DNA of 61,050 nucleotides, the filler included, from Circinaria calcarea (lineage: Eukaryota): the NCBI GenBank assembly GCA_051942165.1. It is 16 parts of 16 records of this genome, joined end to end, with 100 filler letters (N's around TTAATTAATTAA, not from the genome) between each part and the next. Parts side by side here need not be neighbours in the genome. Positions count along the whole stretch, not along the records: positions 23,004 to 26,732 come from JAVECS010002652.1; positions 26,833 to 30,560 come from JAVECS010002653.1; positions 30,661 to 34,385 come from JAVECS010002654.1; positions 34,486 to 38,206 come from JAVECS010002655.1; 12 more parts are not named here. One strand, given 5' to 3'. The position numbers were made by a program, and so were the translations under genes. Under the pieces are notes generated by a model. That model did no database searches. It saw nothing but the letters and a program-made list of their open reading frames with translations, and had not been told where the DNA came from. Shown one piece after another: positions 22,904 to 34,937 of this stretch (position 1 is the first letter of the stretch; each line of letters opens with the position of its first letter).

Positions 22904-23904
22904 NNNNNNNNNNNNNNNNNNNNNNNNNNNNNNNNNNNNNNNNNNNNTTAATTAATTAANNNNNNNNNNNNNNNNNNNNNNNNNNNNNNNNNNNNNNNNN
23001 NNNACATCTTACGGAGTATAAAGAGGTGGGCAGGCTTTGAAGAGGATAAGAAGGTGAAAGGGTGGGAAGATGGGCTTGTGGGCAGTGAGTCAGAATAGGG
23101 AAGGCGCTTCCAGCTGAAAGTACCGCTGCTCCAAGTTATCACCGTCGTCCAAGCTCATGGGAGCCTAGAGGAGTAATGTTCTTTATAATTGTATATAGTG
23201 AGATACCCATGGAGAAAACTCGCCTCTCCTCCCTCGTTGTCTTTCCGAATAGTTCTCAATGGTACGTCCACTTGTCCTTATCATCAGTCGGTCGTCCAAA
23301 TAATAAAAACATACCATTCTCACTTTCGTGATAGCCATCAGCTCCATAGCGCCTTCGGCATCGTTCAGCTGCAAACGAGGCCATCGCAATTCGCCACCGG
23401 GTTTATAACCTACCGACTTAAGGTAGGAGTGTCAGCACATTATGCCTGACTCTAGCCATCCGGCTCGGCATCTTGGCTAGAGTGGAGGCTTACAGGATAT
23501 GTATGGCTGCTTAGTAACATCCCCGTATGGTAACGCCAAAGACAACTTGCGTCTTCCTGTTGGCTGTGTAAATCCGGGCTATGGGAGCTTCTTTTATTTC
23601 ATATCCGCATTCATGCCATAATTGGCTCGAGCAGGGTAGAAACTACAGCTCCCTAGATGGTTAATCTAGGTAGAATCCGTTCCTGTTGGGCTGCATGCGT
23701 TTAATAGATAGCGAATAAACTGCGCTGTAAAGGGCTGTTCCTGAGTGCCTTGCAGCCTTGCTTACGGAGTACTAATGTAACCCGTTGAAGACAATAGTGC
23801 GATAGGTGGCAGCAGGTCGGATTTGAATGAACTCATCCCACCAGGTTTATATCCTGCCATCGATTTCCAGCTTTACTGTTTAACCTGCGGTCGACAACTA
23901 ATGA

Positions 23905-25922
23905 ATGTATTGCCACGCGTGTTTAGACATCTTTCGGGTGTATCACAGACGGCTGGTCGAAAGCGCTCAACCTACTTTACATCAGCAATCCGATAGAGCA
24001 GTGTACAAGTCGTATAGCCAGGGCTGTTGCATCTGCACGCGCCTCTGGAACCAGCTTATAATCTACCGTTCCCGCCCCTTCCAGAGCATTGATCCCTATT
24101 CCGAACTTTCAAGCGTTTATGTGGTTAAGCCAATCTTGGACCAATTTAAAAGGACTCCCGGTCACTACGAGACTGATCCATATACCGAGAAGCTGTCATC
24201 AAGTGGACTGGAATATACTGTGCAATTTAGCTGGCTGGGGCTATGGAATGAGTATGAGGACGGAGTAGCTTCCATACAGTATCATGTCATTGCTACGGAG
24301 AGTATAGGCTGCACCCAGCAAAACGCCCTTGACGCTCGGCTAACGCTCCACTAGAATTGTCAAAGTCCATTGGGGGTTATGACCCGAGTAGCAGAACCGA
24401 CTCCCCTACCTCATGGGACCTTCAGAAACGATGGATCAAGAACTGTCTAGAGAATCATCCCGCGTGCAGCACCACTCCAGAAGATTGGGTCCCTACACGC
24501 GTCCTCGATGTTGGGGTTGACGCCTCCTCCGAGGTGCGACTTATTGAATCTCGAACCCAACCGTTAGGTCGTCCGTATATGACTCTCAGCCACAGCTGGG
24601 GTCAAGCAGAAGTTATCAAGCTTACAACAGTTACTATCGACAGCATGCGAAACGGCATACCAGTTTCCGAGCTGCCGCTGTTATATCGAGATGCGGTCAA
24701 CACTTGCAGGCAGTTGGGAACACGATACCTGTGGATTGACTCGTTATGTATTATCCAGGATCAGGAGCTCGACTGGATTCGCGAAGTAGCTAGGATGGGA
24801 CAGGTGTACGGTAATGCTTTGTGCAACATCGAGGCCGCACATGCTGCAGATGGACGTGGCCAACTGTTCTTTTCTAGGGATGAGGCAAGAGTTAAACCAT
24901 TATCAGTGACAGTGGAGTGGCATAAAGATGGCCCTCTTGCATGCCTTATGATTGATAGCTCAGTTCATCATGACACCGACGTGTCTGATGCGCCACTTCA
25001 GGGAAGAGCTTGGGTCTTGCAGGAGCAATTACTAGCTAGTCGTACACTTATCTATAGCAAAAGACAGGTTCATTGGGCATGCCGGACACAAGAGGCCTCT
25101 GAGTTGTTTCCGGAGGGGATGCCGGATCTCCGCAGAGGGGACGACCTCTGCAGCCACTCGCTCGCACGACGCCCACTTCATGTTTTGAAACAGTGGATTG
25201 CTTCTGATAATCCCATACATCTCAGTCACTGGTCACTTGGATATTCCCCAATGGTAAGCCCTTGGGAGAAATTTTGGCTGTCTTGGAGAACCATTGTCCT
25301 GGATTATACGAGGCGGGACCTGACTTTCGAAAAGGACAAGCTTGCAGCCATTGCCGGTATAGCCTCTGTAATCCAGCGAAAGATTAGCGTGCCATATATT
25401 GCAGGCATGTGGAACTTTAGGTTCTTCATTGAATATGAGCTTTGTTGGGAAGCGAAAACACAAGCTAATTGCCGGGCACCTTTTCGGCCTAGAGACTATC
25501 GGGCGCCAACTTGGTCATGGGCCTCGATCGAGGGCAGCATCTCCTATACTTACATGACAGACTACGATGTAACAGGAGATACGCAACTTGCTTATGTCGA
25601 AGACGCCAAAATTGAAACCGTTGATGGGACCCCAACTGGGCCGGTCAAGTCCGGATTCATACGGATCGAAGGACCTTTGGTAGAAAAGCGCAATGGAGGG
25701 TTTAGTCCGGATGACCAGGCGGACCCAAGACCCGAAAGTATCTTCTATCTGACGATGTTCGCGTTATATTGCGACCAAAGGGTTTGGGGATTGGCTCTTC
25801 GACGCTTGGAATCCGGACCGAACCATAGATGCTACGAGCGTGTCGGTACTTTTAGCTATTGCGACGAGGAGATATATGAAAAATTCTACAGTGCACCAAA
25901 GCAGCTTATTACAATTATATAA
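23905..25922 (+). CDS. Heterokaryon incompatibility (HET domain) protein
   Basis: N-terminal CxxC...GCCIC, intron 24302-24354, then WIKNCLENHPAC, PTRVLDV, YMTLSHSWG, YLWIDSLCIIQD, RAWVLQE, YTRRDLTFEKDKL and APTWSWAS. Confidence 0.93.
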
Positions 25923-26067
25923 TGCTCCACCCGATTTCCAAAAATAAAATAATCATTACGACGTTTCAATCCAATTTGCTCTTCAATTACCTGAAATTTA
26001 GGCGAGTTTTGCCGTTTCCGGTACTCTTAACACTGGCTTATCGATAACCCGAAAGGCCTGACGTCTA

Positions 26068-26281
26068 CTCGTCCGCAGGGGTAATAATCGTTAGCGCCAA
26101 TTTGGTTATCCCCTTGTTCTCTCAACAATAACCGTATAAAAAGCTAGAAAAAGGGACTGATATTATTAGATATATCTCCTTGTAATGATTGAGCTTTTCT
26201 AAGCAAATTAAAATTTTATTTAGGCCTGATGTATGGGTTGTGAAAAAAATGGCGCTAACGACTATTACCCCTGCGGACGAG
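26068..26281. mobile_element. MITE (Tc1/mariner-type), 214 bp
   Basis: 32-bp TIRs CTCGTCCGCAGGGGTAATAATCGTTAGCGCCA / TGGCGCTAACGACTATTACCCCTGCGGACGAG (1 mismatch), TA on both flanks, and an AT-rich non-coding interior. Confidence 0.85.
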
Positions 26282-26422
26282 TATTTGCCCGTTACCCTAC
26301 CCAACCGCAACTGAACTCCATTGCAAATTTAGCCTAAGGTGATAGAAAACATTTAGGGAAGATGTAAGTATACAAACCTCTGTCATGACATCAATTGTCC
26401 CACGCAAGTACTTTCTTCCAAT

Positions 26423-26732
26423 ATGTCTTCATCTAAGCCCCGCATCCTGCTCCTAGGGGACATTGACCAGTAAACCCTCCTTCTCCTCTTCTGTTTTCCC
26501 GTTCCCGGTTCAGTCCCATTACCTTCTTTAATTATCGACTAATCACTTGCTCCCCTCAGTGCCCCAGCTCGCAAAGACTTCGACTCCCTCGCCTCAATTG
26601 CCGAACTCGTCACTCCCAAAGCCAAATCCCGTCCCGAGTTCATCGAGGAATGCCGCCGTGGAGCTCTCGATGGAGTGGTTGCTGTATACAGAACATTCAA
26701 TAGTGCAAGTATAACGGGTAAATGGGATGAGG
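26423..26732 (+). CDS. Glyoxylate/hydroxypyruvate reductase (D-2-hydroxyacid dehydrogenase), N-terminus (3' truncated)
   Basis: MSSSKPRILLLGDIDH | APAR...SRPEFIEECRRGALDGVVAVYRTFNSASITGKWDE, with one intron. Confidence 0.85.
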
Positions 26733-26854
26733 NNNNNNNNNNNNNNNNNNNNNNNNNNNNNNNNNNNNNNNNNNNNTTAATTAATTAANNNNNNNNNNNN
26801 NNNNNNNNNNNNNNNNNNNNNNNNNNNNNNNNTTGCTCTAACCACCTTTCCTAG

Positions 26855-27885
26855 ACTCTTGAGAAACCAGACGCGCCATTACATACCCTTCAACTTGCCG
26901 TCAAACGTGAAATATTTAAACCGGTCTTTCTCAACTTTCCCTTCCTCGATGATTTTCCTATTCCAAGTAGGAATCGCGCAAGAAAGCTTGTCCGAGCTTT
27001 CACAGACGAGCTTTGCCGAAACGTTTGCGGTAGCCCGAATAATCTTGGCTCGGGGAAGACGGAAGGGGCAGTATCGACTCGAATGATAGCCGCACGAGAA
27101 AACGGAAAACTCTCGGAGAAGCAGTTTCGACACAATCTCGTCAGTGTATTTCTGGCGGGGCACGAGAACCCTCAGCTGCACCTGACTTCGGCAATGTATC
27201 TACTTGGGAAGCATCAAGTAGGTTCAGGAAAGCATTCTCTCGTAGGTTCCAGTTTATGCTGAACTCGGAGTGCAGGACGCCCAGCAACGGCTACGCGTAG
27301 AGATCCAGTCTCTAGGCGACGGCGACTCTAGGTTTGAAAAGGCCCAGGATCTACCCTTCTTGACCTCGGTTCTCTACGAGGTGCTGCGCCTATTCCCTCC
27401 AATCTCGCAACTCCTGAACCGGAGAACTTCCAGAGATGTTTGCCTGGGGGGAAGAATTCCCATAGCAGCAGGCACATATGTCGGATACAATGCGTACGCA
27501 ACCGGTCGGAACAAACAAGCTTGGGGCCTGGACGCAGACGAGTTCCGTCCCGAACGATGGGGTACGACAATGGAAGCGATCAATTCGCGATACCGTCAGG
27601 CCAATGCTCGGGCAGAGTTCATCTCGTTCCACGGTGGGCGCCGAGCTTGCTTGGGGCAACGCTTCGCGCTGCACCAGATCCGGATCACGCTGATTATCCT
27701 GATCACCAACCTGAAGTGGAGGATTGACCCGGCATGGCCGGAGACGATGACACCGGTGAGTTCTACATCGCACCATCGGATTTCTTGCTTACTGCTGAGA
27801 TGTCGTTTTCTCATGGCTAAACTTTCCCCCTCAGGCGGGCCCTCTGTATGCCAAGCAGCTGCAACTGCTACTCGAAGACTTGTGA
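26855..27885 (+). CDS. Cytochrome P450, Dit2/CYP56-like (5' truncated)
   Basis: I-helix VFLAGHENPQL, EVLR, PERW and heme motif FHGGRRACLG. The last exon is AGPLYAKQLQLLLEDL*. Confidence 0.88.
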
Positions 27886-28380
27886 CCCGGTGTGTCAGCG
27901 ATGAGCCGGAGGGAGTTTGCCTGATCGGCAAAGAGTTGGAGAAGGGCCCTTCTGAGGCTAGAGAATGTTATTAGCCATTAGATTTTAAGTCTTCAGCCGT
28001 GCTCGGGACAGTCCCGTATCTGCACCTTTATGCCAAGCGGTCCCATTTGGCTGGGTTTATCTCCGAAGATCATCAGTTTGTGTAACGTTCAGTGCCTTTG
28101 GCTGCAGCCGGAAACAATTCATCTGTCGGGAGCCTCCATTCCGCACCAACCAGCCTAACAGTAGAGGATACATCCGCTTGGCTATTTTCCATTTAACGAT
28201 TTACTGTGGTAAAAGGTCCGAAGCCATCTTACGATCAATGCAAAGTGGCGTCAGGTGCCAAGAAAAGCCGTCCAACGGCTATCAGTCGTATTTCTTACCC
28301 GTATGCCACGCGAACTCATCTCTCTTCCACTCCCACCGTCTTGAGTCGGCGTCCCTATTTGAAAATGAAATCGGTGTCTT

Positions 28381-28494
28381 GCGCAATCTTACTCGCTCAA
28401 TCTTACTCGCGCATTCTTACTCGCGCAATCCTACTCGCGTAATCTTACTCGCGCAATCCTACTCGCGCAATCTCACTCGCGCAATCTCACTCGG
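28381..28494 (+). repeat. Minisatellite, 14-bp unit GCGCAATCTTACTC, about 8 copies
   Basis: Tandem copies with single substitutions, read directly from the sequence. Confidence 0.92.
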
Positions 28495-30088
28495 GCCATA
28501 TGATTCCCCAAAAGAGACACGGCCAATCGATCCTTCGTCCCCAGGGACCAAAACTGGACAGATGTGGATGCCACAAGATGTGATTTACCCCACTCCCCAA
28601 TCCTCCCCACTTTGGCGGAGTGGCGGAGCCATCTCCGGTGATCCTCTCGCCGGCGGGGCGTCAAAGGGATATCCTACCACTGTTACGGAGTAGTTGAAGA
28701 GGCTGAAGCGAAAAACAGAACCTTGTTGCCCATTTCGTATTGCATACCTACTCCCTACGGAAACCCCCCGGTTCAGTTCGAGAAAAAGTACCGAGTACGG
28801 GACCTTCCTTTCCTATGGCCATCCTCCATCCTTCCTGATAGGATGGGATAAACTGTCAAAAACACGCCCATTGTCCAGCTTTCTCGACTACTTTTTTAAG
28901 ATTCTCACCCCGACGGCGTAATGTAACGGTGTAATAAGCAATCAAATGCACGACATACCCCCCAATCTGTATTCCTGTGGAAGACTTGCACGGGGCGGGT
29001 CCCGTCGATCAGGCTGACACACACCCCCCGTTTCCCGTTTTATTTTTTCTCTTCCCCGCTGACGTTTCGTTCTTGGCGGGCCTTAAAAGTAACGGTACCG
29101 GTAGATAGACATGGGGCGGGGAAGGATCTGCATAGCATAAAGCGGTGTGTGTGTGTGTGAGGAGACCGGAAGCGAGAGAGAGGGAAGGGCGCGCCTTGAC
29201 GAAAACGCGCTCGGATCTGCCTTCCCCGTTAATTTTTCTTTTTAGGGCTTACCTAACTAAAGTAAGGGTAAAAAGGTAGGTAGTACCATAAGCACTAGAA
29301 TTATAGTAGGGGATCTTCCAGGCCGTGTTGGCCCACGCGATGACTGCCACCTTTTTAAAAACTCCGCGCTACAAACTACAGAAAAAGTCGAAACCGAGCG
29401 AACTATCGTCGGGGGGGGACCCCGGTCTCGTACGCCTGAGCCGAGGACTGACTTGCCCATTTTGCCCATCATCTCTGCTCTTTCACCGGGCTGACCTGAC
29501 CCGTCCATTACCGCATCTTGCCAGCCTGATGAGCTTTTTTTCTCATGTGAGAAATGCCCCGCCCCGATAGGAGAGGAAAGGTTATCAGTACCACAACCGG
29601 AGTTTGACATGCATTGGGCCCATACCCGGTTCCAGAGAAGGGGGCTGTCTGGGGGGTTTGGGGGTGCACCGCTGGCAGAAGGATATTTCGCAGAGAGACT
29701 AAAAGCAGGCAACCCTCTTCCGCAGTCACCCCCGTTAAGGAGAGGCACTTTGGCGCCTGACAGCTTTACGAAGATCAGAGAAGGGGATGGCCTTGACGTC
29801 GATCCGAGGGCTCAGCCGTATGAGGTGATCAGCTACGACGATCATCGGGTTTCTTGGGATATGGCGCCAACATGGTACTTCTTTGATTGTAACACGGTCT
29901 GGAGACTACGAATCAGATGTGAGGTTTCGGATCTATCTGCATACACCCAAGCCAGCCTATGCGTCTGCCGTCCCCGCTCTTCAAGGCCGTGAGGCTGAGA
30001 AAGATTTTGCTTCGGTAGACCTCTCGGACCTCCTAGCCGTCCAAACCCAGCGGGGAAGGGTATTTCGGCTTTTTCCCTCGAAGAAATA

Positions 30089-30560
30089 TCACTCCTCTGA
30101 TTGAGCCTGGAGTGCATCCACCATACCCTTATCAATATCCACCCAAATGTAGAACCCCAGCGCCAGCAACATCAGCAACACGTTCGGGATCATCGGGAAG
30201 CGCAAGTTGTGTGTGCGGTTCTGAATCGCCCCCTGTACCAACGGAGAGATCCACCCGGTGGCAAGGTCCAGCGTGATCTCTAGCCCGAAGAACTGCGCCT
30301 CCCGTCCCCGCGGCAGCATCGAGCTATACACAACGCGGTTGAGCGAGCGGAGGGCGGAACTGGTGCTCAGGAAGAGGACCTGCTCGATCCAAAACTCCGG
30401 GCGGTGCTTGTAGCCAATGGGAACGCCGTCGTTGATGCCCAGGGCACCCCAGACGATGCAGGTCATGTTGACTGCCAAGAAGGCGTATGCCCAGGTTTTC
30501 ACATAGAGCCTGGCGTGCGGAAAGATGAACATCCAGGAGATACTACCCATGCTTGCAAAT
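30089..30560 (-). CDS. Atg22-like MFS transporter, C-terminus (5' truncated)
   Basis: WGALGI...IGYKHRPEFW...RVVYSSMLPRGREAQFFGLEITLDLATGWISPLVQGAIQNRTHNLR...WVDIDKG. Confidence 0.8.
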
Positions 30561-30883
30561 NNNNNNNNNNNNNNNNNNNNNNNNNNNNNNNNNNNNNNNN
30601 NNNNTTAATTAATTAANNNNNNNNNNNNNNNNNNNNNNNNNNNNNNNNNNNNNNNNNNNNGCGGAGGAGGAAACAGAAATAAAAGGCTTCAGCCTTTTTG
30701 TACTAAAACGTAACAGCTGGACAGGCACATTATAGGGAGTGTGAGTTATTACTCTTTTCAATTTGTGCAACATGGTTACGGTAGGCGTTCTAGAGTTATT
30801 ACGTGAGTGAGGATAGGTGCAATGCATTAAATAAGAACGTATTCTAGTTACTACGGTTACTGAACAGTTACAGCTACAGGAAG

Positions 30884-32593
30884 ATGGCATTTGAGACACG
30901 CGGAGCTGGACTATCCGTCTGTGGGTACAAACTTGTGTATCTAAAAGTCATGTTGCTAAACATGCTTTAGCCCATATCACTTCCATATACATCATATGTG
31001 TATATATTCTGCCATTAAGAAATTAGTGGCGTTAAGCTCCCTAATTCTCTCAGGTTTATCACGAAAGATGCCTTTCCGACCCTGGAAATCGAAAGGAGAG
31101 AATTCTTACGCTATTTCAATGTGCCTGGTCTCTTAGCTAGTGATGTGTGTAACAAGGGGAATGGACACTTTGGCTGTGAACAGACCTTCAACGAGATGGG
31201 AGAACTGCAAGCCCACAGTAAGTATATCAATGCCCTATTTTGCTTGTAAAGAGGAGCACTCAAGTTTTGTTTCATGTGTTGGAAGTCATAGGGCTTACCG
31301 AGCATGTGTTGCTTAGGAGGTCCATGCTTAACACTTCCACACACCATAAAAGCACTTTTTCGTAGCATAGGTAGTTACTAAGTTACATACTCAGGTAGTA
31401 ATGCCACCATACATTCTACTGCCCAACATCATGCACTTGGTTCCGTTGTTTAGTCAAGGACGTAAACGCAACGAACGCTGGTTTAAGCTACGGATGGTAT
31501 GAGATGACCTTCTTCACCCGATGGGAGCGAAATCATTCCATAATTCTGTGCATCGATACACCTAGCAACACAAAATCGATGCTTGAAACTGCCTTATCAC
31601 GAGATTTAAGCACGCTAAACCTGATGGATCCGTTCGCTATATATGTTCCCTTAATCGACCATATTATCATGCTATATGACCGATCTATCTGGGGAATCCG
31701 AGACCTGATTCGCAATGTCGAAAAGGTATTTTTGACGATCTTACAATAATAAATTGTAATCAGCTAAGCAAATCTCATAAGACCCGAGAGAAGAATTATG
31801 ACTTTGAGCTAGACTTTCCGAGGTTACATGAGATCTCACGGCATTCAATACATTGCTGTGAGGTTCTTACAGTGGCAGCGGAAACGACCAGTCAATTAAC
31901 GGCAGAGCAAAAAGAGGTTTGCACCCGAATCTATCAGCCGCCAGAAAAGCTGCCAAGAAGCTTTGATACAACGCACAAGCACTTGAGCTTCCAGATGCAG
32001 TTCATCAGGAATTTGAAATTCCGTTCAGAGTCCAATCAGCAGCGACTACAAGCAGAGATTACTCTGGTATGTTTTACTTTTTTTTGAGCCAAAATATCTC
32101 AAACTCTTCAGGCTCCAGGCTGCATTAAGTGAGCTCATACCCAAACCCAGGCATATAATACAATTGCAGAGCGTGACAGCAAAGTGATGGTAGCGATTGG
32201 GAAAGCAGCCAAGAACGACAGCACCGCAATGAAGACTGTGGCAGTTGTAACGATAACATACTTACCTGCCACCTTCACGTCGGTACGCCTGGGCCCTCTC
32301 CTTTTCATCTTCGATTTCGCTAAGACTGGAAGTAGGCTCTATTTGGCATGAGCTTCTTCGATTTCTCTCCCAGTAGGGAGAACCAATCCAACGAGTGGAG
32401 AGTGTCAGAGAAAATTTGGATATATTGGGTCACTGCGCTACTTCTGACGTTGCTGACGATGGGTGTTTGGCTTGTCTGGCAGTATAGTGAACGCCTTGGA
32501 GCTCGGAGTCACGGATTAAGCAAAAGGAGGTTGCGCGCTGAGGAGATACAGAAGTATGCCAGTGGCATGTATCTCTATGACATGACCAGGTAA
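30884..32593 (+). CDS. CorA-like domain membrane protein, multi-exon (start uncertain)
   Basis: Exons TWFRCLVK..YGWYEMTFFTRW, LYDRSIWGIRDLIRNVEK, FPRLHEISRHSIH and NDSTAMKTVAVVTITYLPATFTS|ALFGMSFF...WIYWVTALLLT. Confidence 0.8.
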
Positions 32594-33820
32594 ACATCGA
32601 AGTAATTGGTCAAGGCGTAGGTTTACGTTGGCATCTGTATTTAGCCGTCAATTCAGGACCTCATAATGTGGAGAGCAAGCTATATCAGCGGTTGCTGTTC
32701 GTATCTCTGAATCTAACGAATATCTATGCCAAATAAATCTCTAAAACACCGCACTCCCTTTCCCTTGTACTATCTTCACAGTCAAAGCTACTCAAGCGGC
32801 AATATCAGGCCATCAATTGCTTCCTGAAGCATCAAATAGCGCGACATACCACAAGCAACCTCATGTCAATTCCCCATATCAACATCGAAAATCTCTCCAG
32901 CAGTAACCTTACCACACTTCCTCGCCTCATCATCAAACCCCTGCGCTTCAGCCTCCTCAAGAAAAGCCTTTTGCACACCAACACCCCGTGACGTGTCCGA
33001 CACAAGCTTTCCTTACCACCGCATTGTAGATCACCACGATACCGTAGTCAACGGCTGCTATGTTTGTTGTTCTCGTCGGCAGAGGCAACGGTACGGGCGG
33101 CTACTCTTTGGAGATAACTCTCTATCCCGGCCACCAGGACCGTTCCGACCTTCGTTCTGAAACGGAAATATGTTCATACCTAGAAAGTTTGAATTTCGCA
33201 ATTTTCATACCGCACCAACCAGTTTTCAGGGAGTGCCTCTGGAGGAAAGCACTACTGCCACGAGATACATGCCTTTCGCACTTGGTTTGTTGCGGTTGAT
33301 TGATGGCCGAAAGCTACTGAGCCAGGTTATGATCGCAAAAGGGTCACTGTCGCAACAGGCATTACGACACATCAAAGGTGCAATATAGTGGCATTGCGAC
33401 GGCAATCTACTAGGAACCGCCGACAGTGGACTTGACCTATTAGCCTCGGGCCAGGCCAGGGTACTGTAGGCCGGTATCTCTCCTGTCAACGGTGTGTTCC
33501 CTCGGGGTGCCCCCTGAAATAATGGCGTGTTGGGCAATAAAACTCAGGTTTTGGGGTATATAAATTTGCATAAGTTCCGGTGTCTTGACCTCACAAAACA
33601 AATCCGTTTTCTCTTTGATGTAGTGTTTTTGCTTTTTGGCTACATCGTCATGGCCAAAGTCCCTGGTATCTTACCTTCAATACAAGGCAACTCCAAGAGC
33701 ACAGGGAGACGACCTAGATCTCAGAAGCTGCTCCAGGGAATAGTTATTTTCGGCCTCCGCATCCGCTTCCTTCCTTCTGCGTTACCCAGCTGTTACCTTC
33801 GCCTCACTTTTACCCTCTTC

Positions 33821-34354
33821 CTACATCACCTCACCGTTTTCATCCTCTACCTTACCTTCCACTACCGCCTCCCCTTCCACAGTCTCACTGTCCTCGGCTT
33901 CGGTCATCTCGGCTTCGGTCTCACTATCCCCAGCCGCACAGAATTGACGTTCTTCGTCAGAGGTTTCATCATCATCTGTGCCATCTAGTCTGTCCGTGTC
34001 GTCGTCCCCACTGTCGTCTTTGTCATCGATCGGCAGATACTCTCTGTCCCCATAGTCCCACTCGGAGCTGCTAGTCTCATACTCGGAGTCGTAATCGGCG
34101 GGACGCCACCCGGCAGGGAGCTTGGAGTGATCGATTGTGTGCCCAGAGGCGCAGCTTATTACCGCCGAGTCCGAGTGCAGGTGCCATCCTTCAATCTCCC
34201 AGAGGCAGAATGTGCAGCGCCAGATGTCATCCAGGACGCAATAGGCGGCAGATGGTTCTTGCATCGGGAGGGAGGGTTCGTTAATATTGGTTGTGGAATC
34301 AGAGGCGATGGGCAAAGACGTTGCTGGTGCTGTTGTGGGGTTGGGCGCTGCCAT
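33821..34354 (-). CDS. Hypothetical acidic protein with a CxxC...C..GH motif
   Basis: 177-aa ORF starting at ATG, with DDIWRCTFCLWEIE...CASGH followed by an Asp/Glu-rich tail. Confidence 0.5.
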   Translation of the reverse strand: MAAPNPTTAPATSLPIASDSTTNINEPSLPMQEPSAAYCVLDDIWRCTFCLWEIEGWHLHSDSAVISCASGHTIDHSKLPAGWRPADYDSEYETSSSEWDYGDREYLPIDDKDDSGDDDTDRLDGTDDDETSDEERQFCAAGDSETEAEMTEAEDSETVEGEAVVEGKVEDENGEVM

Positions 34355-34485
34355 TGTGTTTGTGGAAGTGAGTTCGTACGTGGTTNNNNNNNNNNNNNNN
34401 NNNNNNNNNNNNNNNNNNNNNNNNNNNNNTTAATTAATTAANNNNNNNNNNNNNNNNNNNNNNNNNNNNNNNNNNNNNNNNNNNN

Positions 34486-34937
34486 CAAAGCCTTTATCGG
34501 AGTGATCATATCCAATGTCCTTGATTGTATTACGAATGACTTTTTGAAAATCGAGAGATGCCTTGGTTGTGATTTCGCCAAACACCATAATCATCCCTGA
34601 TTAGAAATCAGCACTGCATACAAGCAGGAGCGTAACACTTGCCAGTCTTCGTGGCAGTCTCGCAAGCCACCTAGATGTAGTGAGTGCTATAAGCTGTGTC
34701 GGAGAAATGGTTGATCAAACCTTGGACAAAGGATCCTCAGCCAGACAAGCATCCAAGACTGCGTCGGACACCTGATCCCTGTAAATTGAGTATCAGTACG
34801 CATTCCCTTAGACGGTGAGCGAGGACTTACGCAATCTTATCAGGATGCCCTTCACCAACAGACTCGGACGTGAAGAGAAAGGTGCTCTTCTTGGGGCCAT
34901 GGACCCCATTGGGGGTGCCATTGCTCGCACTGACCAT
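34486..34937 (-). CDS. SAM2: S-adenosylmethionine synthetase, N-terminus (3' truncated)
   Basis: [17 protein letters not shown] | [19 protein letters not shown] | [10 protein letters not shown] | [12 protein letters not shown]...[10 protein letters not shown]. Three introns, the third being GC-AG (34597-34642). Confidence 0.96.

Noticed and set aside
23004..23450. Possible spliced minus-strand gene at the start of contig 7
   Set aside because: Splice-like signals are present, but I could not build a convincing reading frame or recognise a family.
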